From Podarcis erhardii (Eukaryota), in NCBI GenBank assembly GCA_964252035.1, contig OZ176209.1: a DNA stretch of 64,000 nt. The stretch is one strand, 5' to 3'. Shown here one piece after another: positions 1 through 12,887 of the stretch. Numbering within the stretch: position 1 is the first letter of the stretch; every line of letters starts with the position of its first letter. The notes under the pieces are model-generated. The model had not been told where the DNA came from. It searched no databases and saw only the letters and a program-made list of their open reading frames with translations. The translations under genes and the position numbers were made by a program.

Positions 1-919
1 ACATCCAAATCTCTGGTTGCTCATCATGGGCTTCATTCTCAATATTTTTTCCTCTGTTCTTACTCTGAAGCAGGTTTTTCCTAGTCATACTTTCTTTTTT
101 AGCCCTTTGTGTTCTCTGTTCAATTCCCTTGCTGTTCTGGTACCACATGAAGTAAACATATTCATGGCCTGCCACATGGATGCCTCACATGGCTATGTTT
201 CTGAGCGGCTGTCCATGCCATGGGTTATGTTTCTGAATTAGGCTACACCCAAGTCTAAAGTGACTCTTGATTCTACCTGAACTTTGCTCCTCCTTTAAAC
301 ATGAGTGGCAGGAGAGAATCCGCTGCCAAGAAGAAAGCACATATTTGCTGTGTTTCTCACAATCCTGCCATGCACAATAAGGTTGCGCACTGACTTCGAC
401 TAGGGGAGAAAGTATGGTTTAATCCCATAGTCTTAGCTGTTGTACAGTACTTTCAGAAATTATCAGGGGAAGCATTTCAGGTAGCAACAAGCAATAACCT
501 CATCAGCTAGGATTGCCAGATGGGGAAAGAGGACAGGGCTCCTGCACTTTTACCAAATGTCAGGGCCAGCAAAAGATATTGTACCACCTGATATAAGCCA
601 ACACTCCATCTTCATTGCCCATGGGTGCCTGGGGGAGAAGGGCTCAGGGCAGTTAGTTGGCCCAAGGTTAAATGTTCCCCAGATTTCCAGATTCTATTTT
701 AAAATAAAGGGTGAGCCTATAGCGTTTGTACAGCCTGAGGTATGAAATAAATTGTACAAACATTATTCTGTTTTTTAGAACTAGCCTATACCATCCTCTT
801 TCAGTAATTCATTCTCTTATGCCCATGTCATTGCCAGCTTGCTGCTGACAGAAACTTTCAAGTGAGACATAGGGCACTGTGCCACTGTTGTTATGTTGGA
901 TGAAATAGGTGGCTGAGCA

Positions 920-2114
920 ACTTCCGGCACTGCAGCCATCGTGAACAGCGGATCCCACGGTAGCGCATGCCAGCCGTGCAGTTAAGGACAATCTGGAAGT
1001 AATTATCCTTGCAAGCCCCCCCCCCCACACACACACACTGAGTCAGGGTGGGGAGAGCTTTCCCTCCGGATCGTCCGATAACTACCTCTCTCTCCAATGG
1101 AATGCAGGGACAGGGATGCAGAGTGCATAGCACTGTAGGTATTGGAAACTCCCCAATACAGTCACCATGAGTGGAAGTACTTCTGTTTCTTTTAAGATGG
1201 ATCTGAATTTGGACTTAAGAAACAGACATGTTCTGGATGAAGCAGAAAGATAACCTGCTAAATGAATCAGCCACTGCGTGCCAAGATTTGATCTGGAGAG
1301 GACTCTCGTTGTCGTTGGAATGCTACGTAAGTGAAGGGGAGCCTTTGTTCTCTTTTTATATTATATTTACGTTATATTTGCTGTGCTATGATTCAACAAG
1401 CCTTTACTGAATGGATTACAACTATATATGGAATGCAAGAGGGACTCAACAAGAACTTATAATTTTCTTTTCGGAGTACTTGAAAGAATAGACTGTGTGA
1501 AATACTGTGATGACTTATGACATTGCCTACTCAAGAGGGCTCTAATTCTGATTTATTATGGTTTTGGTGAGACACCAGCTTGTTAGAAGGTTGGAAAGGA
1601 TCAAAAGAGACAACTGCTGGAAGTAAGCCAGGAGTCACAGCCGGACGCTGAAGTGCTTTCGGTTTTGGAGAAGCAAAATGGAGAAGTTGTAGCATTATAA
1701 GAAATGAGTTCTCGAAGGAGGGGCAATGTTGAAGAGAATTGATTGACTACAACATGAAGGAAAAGAAGAAGGTAAACAAATATTTCACACAGAAAATTAC
1801 AGGATATAAATTCCCTCTGCAAGTTAATGGATATGGATTTATTAAATATAAACGAAAGTCATCACACATGGCTGCTTAAGGATTAAGATCGGAATCGTGG
1901 TATTTGGACTAATGAAGAGAACTGAAGCAGGACCAAGGAATAACATCAACTCCTGATAGCTGGAACATGGGAAGTCATCCCAAAATATTGAATTCGGAAC
2001 TGATTAATTGGCTTTTTTGATTGTATTATGATTTGGTATGATTTGGTATTGTATTAATGTGGCCTCCATTGGATTGTTATTAATGAAATATTAATTAAAA
2101 ATATTTTTTTAAAA
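920..2114 (+). mobile_element. Full-length non-coding L1-dependent retroposon (about 1.2 kb)
   Basis: 18-bp TSD GAAA(T/C)AGGTGGCTGAGCA at 902-919 and 2115-2132 (1 mismatch). Starts ACTTCCGG with a CpG-containing 5' end and ends in an AT/A-rich tail. 935-956 resembles the 5' end of the 43417-45249 element. No long ORF. Confidence 0.8.
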
Positions 2115-2255
2115 GAAACAGGTGGCTGAGCAGGAGGAAGGAATGTTTTAAGGAAATGTTAAACTAAGTTGCCACCATCCCAGCAAAGCGCCACTGGCAC
2201 AACCTTTACATCTCCAAACCACTTGGAGCAGGTGACTTGGAGACTGCAACTCTAG

Positions 2256-2356
2256 AGCAGCTTTCATCAATCTTGCATCCTTCAGATGTTTTACACTACA
2301 ACACTCATCAGTCCCAGCATGGCTGTAGTCCAAAATATCTGGAGGGTAAGGCTGCT
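2256..2356. mobile_element. Degenerate hAT-type MITE (CCTCCAGATG...CATCTGGAGGG family)
   Basis: Same inverted subterminal motifs as the intact copy at 10146-10286. Confidence 0.55.
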
Positions 2357-4691
2357 CCTGAAGTTCTGTGCCACAGTAAGTAGTTTGGAGATGAAATGGT
2401 TAAAAAGATTAAATGGTTAGAAATAGAAAAGTAACTGTATTTAACAAGATGCAACAAGAAATAGATGCTCATATGCTGGTAGGCCAAATGATCAATTACT
2501 AAGTTCTTGGTGTTAACTGTTTCACATCAATGATACTGCCTAAAATGGTTTGTGTACTTGATAGTAGCCAAATCCAATAAAATTTAATTGGACTGCACCT
2601 AGCTATATGAACTGTACTGATTTATTGGGTTATAAAACACAGCCCTTGAAAACTTTAATAATCCAAACAACTTGGGCAGAGGGAAGAAAAGGCTTCAAAC
2701 GGCAAGACAAAAAATACATAAGTGAACAAATTGTTTGGCACATGTGGCCATGTTGAAGTCTCACTAGCTGTAATGTAGCTATTAGCACATTATATTCATG
2801 CTAGTCAATGTCCTTTGCCTATTATGGTCACAAGTATGTAGGTACCAAGCCTCAAATCAATGTTTCGCTTCAGATATAAACCATGATGGTTCAAATCGTG
2901 ACAGAGACTTAGCAGTTATAAGGTTTCCTTTATTTTCCAAGGTATTTTGTATTCTGCCCTTTAAGATACTGGTCTATCTATTTTGGCTTTTCAGCAATTG
3001 GTGCCAATGGGGGATTCCTTTCCAATGCAAATACTAGCTTCAGAGGAAGGATCACCCCCAGAACTGAAGCATGGGAGGAAAGGATTATACCCCCTCCCTC
3101 CCAGCTGCAAATATGATAATTATGCTCCCCCTCCCTCACTTGAGGCGACTTAAATGAGGGGGAGGAACTATGTAGGTTAAATCTAAAGATGCATGTAATC
3201 ACATATAGTTTGGCCCTGAAATAGTATGTCCTACACGCAAACCTTGTACTACATGTTAATCCAAATCCAATACATAATTCAGCACTGCACATTACAACAT
3301 CCCCCTTATGCACAAGCATGCAGTGGTGAAAAATCCATTTCTTAATTATCCTGTTTGTGACTACAAAAAGTGTTAAGGGGAAAGTAATCCACACTAAGTG
3401 ATCTTGAAGAGCCAGATTAAAAACATGTAAACAAAGGATATATAACTTGGTTAAGTTTCACAAATATTTCCCCACTAATTCATATGTTATATGAATTTCA
3501 GTTCCACAGCAAGTAAAAGTTTGGTGTGGGAGACCTTCTTTATTTGTAAAAAGATTATAGTTGTCAGAGCAGAAACCACATACAAACAATTCCATCTCAT
3601 TTTTATAGATAGACTTCCTTTTTACTAGGAGATTGTTCTGTCAAATGGCTGTCAAATAATATTTGCCAAGATATTAACTCTTTGTTGAGTATCTGTTTGC
3701 AGTTTTTTATATTAATTTTTAAATGAGATGTATGTTTTGATTATTTCATATTAACTGTATGCAATTAAAACATTTTATGGAAGAGATTAGAAAAGAGATA
3801 GTGAGAAATAGGCAGTCTTAAACATGTTCTGATTTGTAACTCTGTTCATCCTTAACAAATAAAAATTGCCTGACAGAACATGGGAGAAAGAGGGGAAGAT
3901 AACTCTCAGGTCCTCTTGAGATGTTTGTAAATCATCCCCCCCCCTAAAATCTGAATAGGAGACTGTTGGCTGATTCACAATGCAGTTCTGTCCTCATGAG
4001 ATAAAAAAATGCACATGTTTCATGCAAAGCAGGAACTTGTTCACATGGAAATATATTTCTACAATATTTAGGGCGAGTAGAAGTGATGCATTAATTTAAA
4101 ATGGTAGTATTTTGCCTTGTGTATCTAAACGAGCTCAATTATCTTATATTATGTACAATTGTGTAACTAGAATGGCAAAACAAAGAAAAATCTTACAACT
4201 GCAAAATAATAAATGCATCCCACTGGGGTAGATACATTCAACTGATTTGAAATGACATCATCTTAGTTAGACATGTGACCTTGTTCACAAATCCTAGAGG
4301 AGTCTATCACCAAGCATAAAGGACAGATTAGCATCACTTTCTATGTATATAACCCTCCCTCAGCTGCTGAAAGTCATCTTATTAAACTAAACCTAGGGTT
4401 AAAAGGTCTTGTTTTCTCCATCTCCACAACACATGTAAATGTAAAACAAAAGGTATTAACAAAAAAAAAAAAGTAGGAGAGTTCCAAGAGGAAAGAATGC
4501 CTACTAGTTTGTTTTTAATTCAACCACACTATCTGGAATTGAAGAAGCATCATTACTGTTAAGAATTATCACTCAGGAGGCAGAAGAGCGGAAGGAGGAA
4601 TGGGATATGGAGTATTTTCCCCAATGTCATTAATTTGTAATGTCTTTCTTCTGTGCTAAGGATTTTATGATGACACTGAAATGCTACCCTG

Positions 4692-5393
4692 TAGGGGTGT
4701 GCACCAACCACAAGATTTGGTTGAGACACCACACTGGTGCTTGAGAAAATAGCACATCTTGGTCTAAAGCACTTCAGAGGCTGCCCAGTTCAACTCAGAA
4801 TCCAAGCTTTGATCCACTTTGGAAAGACCAGGCTTCATATCCCCCTTCTTTTCTCTACAGGGAAACAAAACAACAGAAATTGGTGGAATTTGCAGACATT
4901 GTAGCCCCTTCAGAATGAATAATATTTGTCACATTACAGGAAAATGGGTTGAATATCTTGTTGTGACTTAAAAACAAGTTTTTTAAAGGGTTTTTTAAAG
5001 GAAACATTTACCGTTTTTGTTCATTTTGGGCAGAATTTGATGGAATTTGCAGACACAGTAGATTCTTCTGACAGTGAATCATGCAATGTTTCATGCAACA
5101 TTTCAGTCTGGGTTAAGTCATTCCTTCTCAATGCAAGTGTGACCTGTCCAGCACATTGGAGTTCTTCCTCACCTTGCTCTGGCATTTTCCTTAATTGGAC
5201 CATTAGCTACACTTTTAGCAACAAGTTGTCTGCATTGGTTTTTTAACACATGAATCACCAAGATGCTCTTCGGATCACCCATGGTTTAAATCACTAACTT
5301 TGGTTCAGGGCACTTCACCTTTGGCAAGCCCAGAATGCCTCTGAAACATCCTGCTTGAGTGCAGGATTTGTCCAAATCTGCTGCACACCTCTA
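4692..5393. mobile_element. Old non-autonomous DNA transposon (hAT-like)
   Basis: TIRs TAGGGGTGTGCA / TGCACACCTCTA. The 8-bp flanks CTACCCTG / CGATCTTG match 5/8. Internal repeat TGGAATTTGCAGACA occurs twice. Confidence 0.5.
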
Positions 5394-6258
5394 CGATCTT
5401 GGGATATAATGGGTATCATACAAATATTTCAGTAAAACTCCTGCTATTAATCTGACTATCGTAGAACAAAAATAGATGGGAAAAGTCATGAACTCTTAAA
5501 CATTTTCACAGGGTAGTCCCACCAATATCAGTGAAACTAACCTCTATAAGTGCTCAGTAGAATAGTATAAATGAGTAAGGGTTATTCCTTTCTGTCCTCC
5601 CCTCTTTTGGCTGTGGACCTGCAAATGAGGAATATGAAGGAGACAGGGAGAACAAATTAAGATCTTTCCCTGCAACATAGAATTTCTTCTGCTGCCCCCA
5701 AATATTAATAGCTGCAGCCTTCAAACCACACTCTCTGGAGGAATCTTAGAGGGGGGGTGAGTGGGACTACTCAACACAGTAGTATAAAGACAGGAGGCTA
5801 AGGGTCATGTCTAGAAAGATTTACCAGCTAGAGCATGAGTTTCTTCAGTGGCTGCTGTGTGACTTGTGCTGACCCTGCTAGTCTGTTTGGACTAGCAGCA
5901 ATCAGCACAAGGATCAGCACAGATGGACCCATGTGGATTGTGAGTGTCAGGTGTGCTGATTCAGTATGCTTGTCACTTTCAAATCTATCCATCCCAAAGC
6001 ACTCTTAAGATCCCTCCATGCACTAAAATGCTAAACTCACCTTCAAGCGTAAAAATACGACTTGCATAGTTTAAAACCTGGATGTTCCTGTTGGTTCAGC
6101 CTATGCATGTTTACTCATATGTAGGTCCTCATGGAATTATTTTATTACTATTTATTAATTTACATACCACTTACTTGCCAAAATGGCTAGGCTTGCACTT
6201 GTTCCCAAGTAAGTGTGCAAAGGATTGCAACTCTGCAGCTGACTTCTGCGTATGTTTA

Positions 6259-6615
6259 AAGGTACCCCTGCCCATCAGGGCTAGTCGTGACCAACTCTAG
6301 GGTTGCGCGCCTATCTCGCTCAAGAGGCCGGGAGCCGGCGCTGTCCAAAGACACTTCCGGGTCACGTGGCCAGCATGACTAAGCTGCATCTGGCAAGCCA
6401 GCACCAGCGCCGCACACGGAAACGCCGTTTACCTTCCCGCTAGAAAGCGGTCCCTATTTATCTACTTGCACTTAGGGGTGCTTTCGAACTGCTAGGTAGA
6501 CAGGAGCTGGGACCGAATGACGGGAGCTCACCCCGCCGCGGGGATTCGAACCACCGACCTTTCGATCGGCAGGTCCTAGGCTCTGTGGTTTAACCCACAG
6601 CGCCACCCGCGTCCC
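6259..6615 (-). mobile_element. Sauria SINE (Squam1), full length
   Basis: tRNA-like head on the minus strand with A box TGGCGCTGTGGGTT and B box GGTTCGAATCC; ACCTTT-type tail; 14-bp TSD TCTGC(G/A)TATGTTTA at 6245-6258 and 6616-6629. Confidence 0.92.
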
Positions 6616-8657
6616 TCTGCATATGTTTACTCATAAGCAAATCCTAATTCAGTTCAGTGGGGTTCATGCCTAAGTAAAGTGTGTTAGTATCATACTTCTG
6701 GCCTGCTAGAGCTTATGCAAGCAATCAGGCCTACTTTGGATACTGAAGATGCATTTTATATCTTGTGCCATCATCTTTATATGAGCTCTTCTTGTCTCTA
6801 TGCATAAGATGCAGCAATAGGTTCTTGACAACTTCATCAAGACTATCTCTTCCATGCCAAAGTAACAATACAAAGTAACAAGGTGAAGGGATTCGATTGG
6901 CACAGGTTCCTGGATTTTGAGAATCCTTAGTCATACCATCCACAATGTCCCCCTTTATCCAGAAGAGGCCAGACATGTAAACTGAAAATAATCTAAGGCT
7001 GCATGCAAATTTTTAAGATAATCTGTGCAATGCTTATTTCCATAATAGTTACTCTCCAGTGGTAAATTTTTACATGGCTCTTACTGTATATGTGAATGTT
7101 TGCTGCAAAATCACCTTCACGAGTAGCAGGGTACAATTTTTTTTTTTATTAAATAAGTAAGGTTTAAATAGAACACTGTTAGACCCCTGGGTTCTCTGCG
7201 GGCAAATACCCCAATTTTCCACCATCTGGAGCTGTCCCTGGATTATATCCCCACATGCTATCTGCAGTGGGGAAGAAATAATGTCTTGCAGTCCTGAAAG
7301 AAGACCACAGCTATAGTATAGAGGAGGTGGGGAACCTGATCTGGACAGTGGGTGAGATCCTTATCTCACCTATGCCATGTGGAGCAAATCTGACAGCTAG
7401 ATGAGGCCACCTACTTGCCAACCACCTGATGTCACACTGGTGTCAGATGATGATTCTTGGGACTTTAAAGCACCGTGCAAGGCTTGAAAAGTGCTTTGGA
7501 GCACCACTGATCAGCAGGTCTGAAGTCACTGTCCATCTGCTGCCAGGCAGTGACACCAAACCTGCTTTTTATAGGAACTGGTTGCACAAATGAGCTTCCT
7601 ACAGTGAGCTCAGTTATGCAGCTGGCTTGGGATTGCCACCTATCAGCTGGTAGTGAATGCAAGCCTGCTCTCTGTAGGGATCTGCTACTAAGGAGGAAAA
7701 TCCAGTGATAGCTTCAGAATGTCTTTGCAGCATAAGCAAAAGTTAAAAATGATGCTTTCGCACTAGAAGACTTACACTTTCCTATGACAGCCCAAGCAAA
7801 CAACACTTGCTTGGATCAGTTAGGAGTCCTACAGATGAGTGCTGCTGGAGACTCCTGAAGATCAGCACTGTCACAGTGATGGTCTTTTATATAAAATGTA
7901 AATTGATCAAGTCGATCAAGTGCAATGGGCACTTCTTTCCCTCCCCTCCCTCCTTCAGAACAGATTATTACTGCTCTGACTATGCTGTCTCGCTTGGACT
8001 CTGAAGCTTAGGGGCAGCACCATTTCAACAATCAGACTTACAGGAGGAGCGCCTGGCACAACCAGGAATCTCCTTACATTTTTTAAAGGTTGTTTTTCAT
8101 ACGATCTCCTCCTCTCATGATCAGCGATCTTCAGAGTACCTGTCTTCTGCTGAGCCGGGAGTGTGGAGGGCAACAGGAAAAAGCCATGCCAAACTATTTA
8201 GGCGGTTCATATGGTTATTCTCTTTGAAATTTCCACATTTCTGGAACAGCAGGGGCACCTAAGCTGACAGACCCCCACAGGATGCACCAAGAAGGAAGGG
8301 GAAAGAGTGTTGTGGAAGAGGGAGTGAGGATATGAGGACTCAGGACAGCTTTAGGCCATGGTCCACTTGGAGAGAGGGATTGCAGCCATGGTATGAGATT
8401 CCTTTCTTTTGACATTCACAATTAAATTCATAACAACTCACTGGTTCATCTGACAGCTCCTGAGGGAAAGCAATCAGAGCTTAGTTGGTGTCAGCATCCA
8501 GCCCCAGAACAATTTTAGAATACCAGAATAGGCAAGGCAAACCTGTGGTGCCCTGTGGTCAGTATTATGCCAAGGCTAATACTAGTATAATGCAATCACA
8601 GCCCTATGCCCAACTAGCAAGAGAGTCAGAGGCACAGTAGTTATGGAACAGTAGCAA

Positions 8658-8806
8658 ACATGGCTCAGTCAGTAGAGTATGAGACTCATAATCTCATTGT
8701 TGTGGGGTTAGAGCCCCTCATTGGACAAAAAGATTCCTGCATTGCAGGGGGTTGGACTAGATAACCCCTGTGGCCCTTTCCTACTCTACAATTCTATGAT
8801 TCTATG
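8658..8806 (+). mobile_element. tRNA-derived SINE with CR1 3' tail (Squam2/P.s.1-like)
   Basis: Degenerate tRNA head (TGGCTCAGTCAGTAGAGTATGAGACTCATAATCTC) followed by a CR1-type end with ATTCTATG repeats. Confidence 0.75.
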
Positions 8807-10145
8807 GTATCACTGACAAGACACAACATCCTCACCAACTCTAGACCACCAGGGATGCTTCCTGCTATGTTAGTCCTGCATGCAAGGAAAACATTGCATC
8901 ACCCATTCTGGTGCACACATCCCCGCCATAAACAGCACACAGTTTGACAGCTAGAAAGAGGTAACAGCACTTTCCCCATCATATAACATACAGTGTGGCA
9001 GCAATCGATGCCTATTGTCACTCCAGGGATCTCAGTCCAGACTTATCTGAATTTGTCCAAACAGCAGCAGATCAGAGCCAAATAGAAGGGAAAGAAGAGA
9101 TGTCATTTGAACCACAATACCTACAAAGTTCCCTAGCCTTGTTAGAGGGTCTGTTCCCCCCGCCCCTGTGGCCCAGCCACTGACCTAAATTGCCCTAATA
9201 AAAATTTGAAAAAGAAGAAAGATGATCAGCTTTGATACTTACCGAAGCGGCACTGTACTCTGAAATAATGTCTATTCATATTGAATTAGAATGTGTTTAC
9301 AATTGGGATGAGTTAATGGTTAAATCTGTACATAGATTTAACCATTATTTTACTTTCCAAAGAAAGAAGCATACAGTATGTATCTAGGTATTTCAAATAG
9401 TCTTACGTAATGCACAACCCTATGATAACTTGACCTTTTCAGTGTCTTGCAACATGATTGCTTGACTGTGCCAGTTCTTTGCTTAACAGCCATGGCAAAC
9501 TAAGCATAAGAGGTAGCATGGGCAAAACTGTAAGTCACATTTCCTGCCTTTATCATCAGGCTCTGAATCAATGCGCTTGTCTCTTCAAGGCTGGGCTCAA
9601 GCCACATGTTTTGTGCCTGCGGTATTTCAGCCTTGCCACACCAGAGGCATAAGAACTACAGGCTGGTCCATAAGGTCCACCACAGGTGGCCCAATTGTGT
9701 CTTGTAATGGTTGACCGGCATTGTCTGCAAAATGTCATCTCTCTGATGAATTATTATGACAGCATCATAAACCTCTAGCAAAATAGATCACACACTCAAC
9801 TTTCAGCAAACCCAATGTGTCTTATTAATTAATGTACATTTGTAAACATGAAAGTCAGCTGTTGCATTTTTAAGAACTAGCAAACAAAAATAGCCCCCAG
9901 AGTAGATGTGAAAAGTGGAAACTTTTTCAGTTTCTTTCAAGACAAAAAATATGCAGCACTTTAAAAAAGAGAAAGTGAGAGAGTGGTGGCCCTTAAAAAA
10001 AGGATGAACCCCTTTAATTTATTGGAATGGGAAGGACAGCTTGCCTTGATCAAACTGCCTTACCCAATTCAATTTATGTACATACCCTTCCAATTCATCT
10101 TCTCCTAGGGGCAAAAGCTAACCTAAAACTTTTGTCATCAGTTTA

Positions 10146-10286
10146 CCAAAGGCTTCCTCAACCTTGGCCCTCCAGATGTTTTTGGCCTACAACTCCCATC
10201 ATCCCTAGCTAGCAGGACCAGTGGTCAGGGATGATGGGAATTGTAGTCTCAAAACATCTGGAGGGCCAAGGTTGAGGGAAGCTTGG
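10146..10286. mobile_element. hAT-type MITE
   Basis: Long near-perfect inverted ends (CTCAACCTTGGCCCTCCAGATGTTTT / AAAACATCTGGAGGGCCAAGGTTGAG). Confidence 0.8.
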
Positions 10287-10940
10287 TTTACTACAACTTG
10301 CATAATCGCTGGCAGAAAATTGCAATTGACAGGGATTGTGGGAATTGTAGTTCAACTCCCATGATCCCCAAGCAGAAGGAAACTTGCTATGTCAGAACAC
10401 TGGCTGTGCCTCCTCTCAATTTTGCAGAGAAAGGAGCAGGAGGTAAGATAGGCCTTTTTCACCCAAGGAGTAACCACGCTGGCTAGAACCTCCACTGCTA
10501 CCTGCCTGGTTCCAAGTTAGCTTTTGCCTAAGAGCAAAGATAGGCTCGCAAAGAGGAGGAGGAAAGGAGGGTGTGGTGGAATTAAGGAAGGAATCGGTCA
10601 CAAGAACTGATGTTCAAGAAGGCTTGGTTCATTTTCAGGGTGAACAGCCTGCTGCTTGCCTATTCCTACACTGCATATAAACTGAAAATGAGGACAAATT
10701 ATTTATTGCATTCGTACATAAATTTCAGAAACATCAGCAACTTTTGAAATTGCTGAAGACAACACTGGAAAGAAGGACATATATTTCGGATTATATGTTA
10801 CTAGTTCATCCTAACACAAGTGCATTTGTTTCAGAAAATGCATTTCCCAGGGTCTTGGCAGCCATAATATAGCTGCAGGGTGAATGAAGGCCATAGCAAC
10901 ATCTCTTTTTATTGATGTCACCACTACCTCCAGCTAAGTT

Positions 10941-11130
10941 CATAGAATCATAGAATCATAGAGTTGGAAGAGACCACAAGGGCCATCGAGTCCAACCCCC
11001 TGCCAACCCCCTGCCATCAGAGCACTCCTGACATATGGTTGTCAAGCCTCTGCTTAAAGACCTCCAAAGAAGGAGACTCCACCACACTCCTTGGCAGCAA
11101 ATTCCACTGTGGAACAGCTCTTACTGTCAG
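10941..11130 (-). mobile_element. CR1 LINE 3' fragment
   Basis: (CATAGAAT)n is the reverse complement of the CR1 (ATTCTATG)n tail; followed by typical CR1 3' sequence. Confidence 0.85.
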
Positions 11131-11543
11131 TTTCAGAAGGAAAGGGAAAAAAGCAATCACAACTTAATTATGAACTGAGCCTGATCTTTATAGAGGTTTG
11201 CCATAGACATGTGATTAGCTTGAAAGTTCCAAACAGCAGATGTTCTTGCTACAGGTTCCCCCAGTTCTGAATTGAAGCAATATCACAAACACAGGTTCAT
11301 TTTGCTTTTGTGATTATTTCTAGTAAACGAAACAGACACTTGTGAAATGCATTGGATCAATAACACTAGGAGCAAAATTACTTCAATAATTTATGAAACT
11401 ACCACAATTCAGTGGCAGCTAACAACTCTAAGCTGAACTGAGTTAAATTGCAGTTACAGATAGGTAGCCGTGTTGGTCTGCCATAGTCAAAACAAAACAA
11501 ATTCCTTCCAGTAGCACCTTAAAGACCAACTAAGTCAGTTCTT

Positions 11544-11583
11544 GGTATGAGCTTTCGTGTGCATGCACACTTCTTCAGATACC
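11544..11583 (-). ncRNA. Minimal type I hammerhead ribozyme (PLE-associated)
   Basis: Exact reverse complement of the hammerhead at 11591-11630. Confidence 0.8.
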
Positions 11584-11590
11584 AGATTCA

Positions 11591-11630
11591 GGTATCTGAA
11601 GAAGTGTGCATGCACACGAAAGCTCATACC
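11591..11630 (+). ncRNA. Minimal type I hammerhead ribozyme (PLE-associated)
   Basis: GGTAT (stem I) - CTGAAGA core - extra A - GTGTGC AT GCACAC (stem II) - GAA - AGCT (palindromic stem III) - C (cleavage nt) - ATACC (stem I). Confidence 0.8.
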
Positions 11631-12003
11631 AAGAACTGACTTAGTTGGTCTTTAAGGTGCTACTGGAAGGAATTTGTTTTGTTTTGAGTTAAATTGGGCA
11701 GGCTGTGGGGAAATTAATTCATGCATATAACACATTTAGATTTTCTCATGAATCTAGAAGCAATAATTACTGGCAGGATCAACCCTATGTCTAAACTGGA
11801 ATCAAAAGGGAACCAAAGCAAATACCATCCAATTTTCTAGCCCAATCTGTAGTTCTCTTTGATTCACCCCCACCCCCACCCCTTTTCCCCTTATATAACT
11901 TATACAAAGGTTTCTAAATTTTGGAACCAGTATAACTCAAACTGTAAATATCTGTAGGTTCACCAAATAATGTGTTTCAATATGGGTTGACAATATAGAT
12001 TAC

Positions 12004-12119
12004 GGGTTGTATGTAACTAAATCCTACTCAAAGTAGACCCAGTGAAATTAATGGATCCAAGTTAGTTATGTCCATTAACTTCCATAAATCTACTCTGAAT
12101 GGGACTAATGTTGAATACC
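12004..12119. repeat. Small palindromic (hairpin) repeat, degenerate MITE
   Basis: Imperfect inverted arms: CTACTC..AGTAGAC..TTAATGGA versus TCCATTAA..TCTACTCTGA. Confidence 0.55.
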
Positions 12120-12727
12120 TCCCCCAAAAATTATGGTATAGCCATTATGTTGTACACTAGTGTTATGATTTGCCAATACCATAAGAATTTTAGAAATTTT
12201 CAGATTATATTTCATGTAAAAACTTTTCCCTTTTAGAATAAATGTACAGTTGCAGCATTTGGTGTTATTCTTACAGATTTTTTTCTTTGGGATTCCATTT
12301 GGTGTAGATAAGGAGATTCAGATAAATAAGCTAAAGGTGAATTCACATGTTACATTATTCAGGTTTTATCTGCCATCAGCACTTGATAACACGAACATGT
12401 GAAGCTTCTGTAATCAGCCTCTGCATAAATCATTGGTTGTTATCATTTCACACCATTGTTCAATAATGGAAGTCAAGGTGGGAGGTAAATTGGCTATCAC
12501 CCATCTTGAGTCTACCACTTAAAATGGATGTATGAACTTGCCCTTGTTTTCTTATGGTTTTTCACATGCTGATAAGATCTACATTCTGTCTCCTTTTTTT
12601 GCTCTACTGAAAGTTTTTGTTCAGTTGTGTGGAGAGAAAAAATGGGAGTACCAATAATTTAAGGAGACTATGGTTAGGCATTTATATATCGTTTATTGAA
12701 ACAGATTTATTGTCTTTATCTTCCAAG

Positions 12728-12820
12728 GTTTTGAACCAAGGCAATATACTACAAAGATCATGTTTGTTTCGAAAACGAAGAAAGCAGACCACATCCTTTC
12801 CAGAGATACTGAGTCATCTG
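12728..12820 (+). other. Candidate 93-nt exon of an unidentified transcript
   Basis: Acceptor TTATTGTCTTTATCTTCCAAG| and donor CTG|GTATGT; stop-free in two frames; protein not recognised. Confidence 0.3.
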
Positions 12821-12887
12821 GTATGTACATTTCCCTAGAAAGACCACATATTTGCAGTTGAAATGCATGGTTTCTATTTCAGTAAGA

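Larger units (their letters stand above)
11451..11686. mobile_element. Penelope-like element (PLE) terminal fragment arranged as an inverted repeat
   Basis: Perfect 97-bp arms 11487-11583 and 11591-11687 with a 7-nt spacer; flanking direct repeat TGAGTTAAATTG at 11439-11450 and 11685-11696; GTAGCACCTTAAAGAC/GTCTTTAAGGTGCTAC motif typical of reptile PLE ends. Confidence 0.85.

Noticed and set aside
2978-3394. 138-aa minus-strand ORF, and similar 100-150-aa ORFs at 16468, 18018, 33141, 41833, 46182 and 63065
   Set aside because: No recognisable domains or consistent splice signals; several overlap MITEs, LTRs or L1 3' UTRs; ORFs of this size are expected by chance
6540-6615. tRNA-like sequences (also at 8658, 21762 and 22181)
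   Set aside because: These are SINE heads without complete cloverleafs and are followed by SINE bodies and tails
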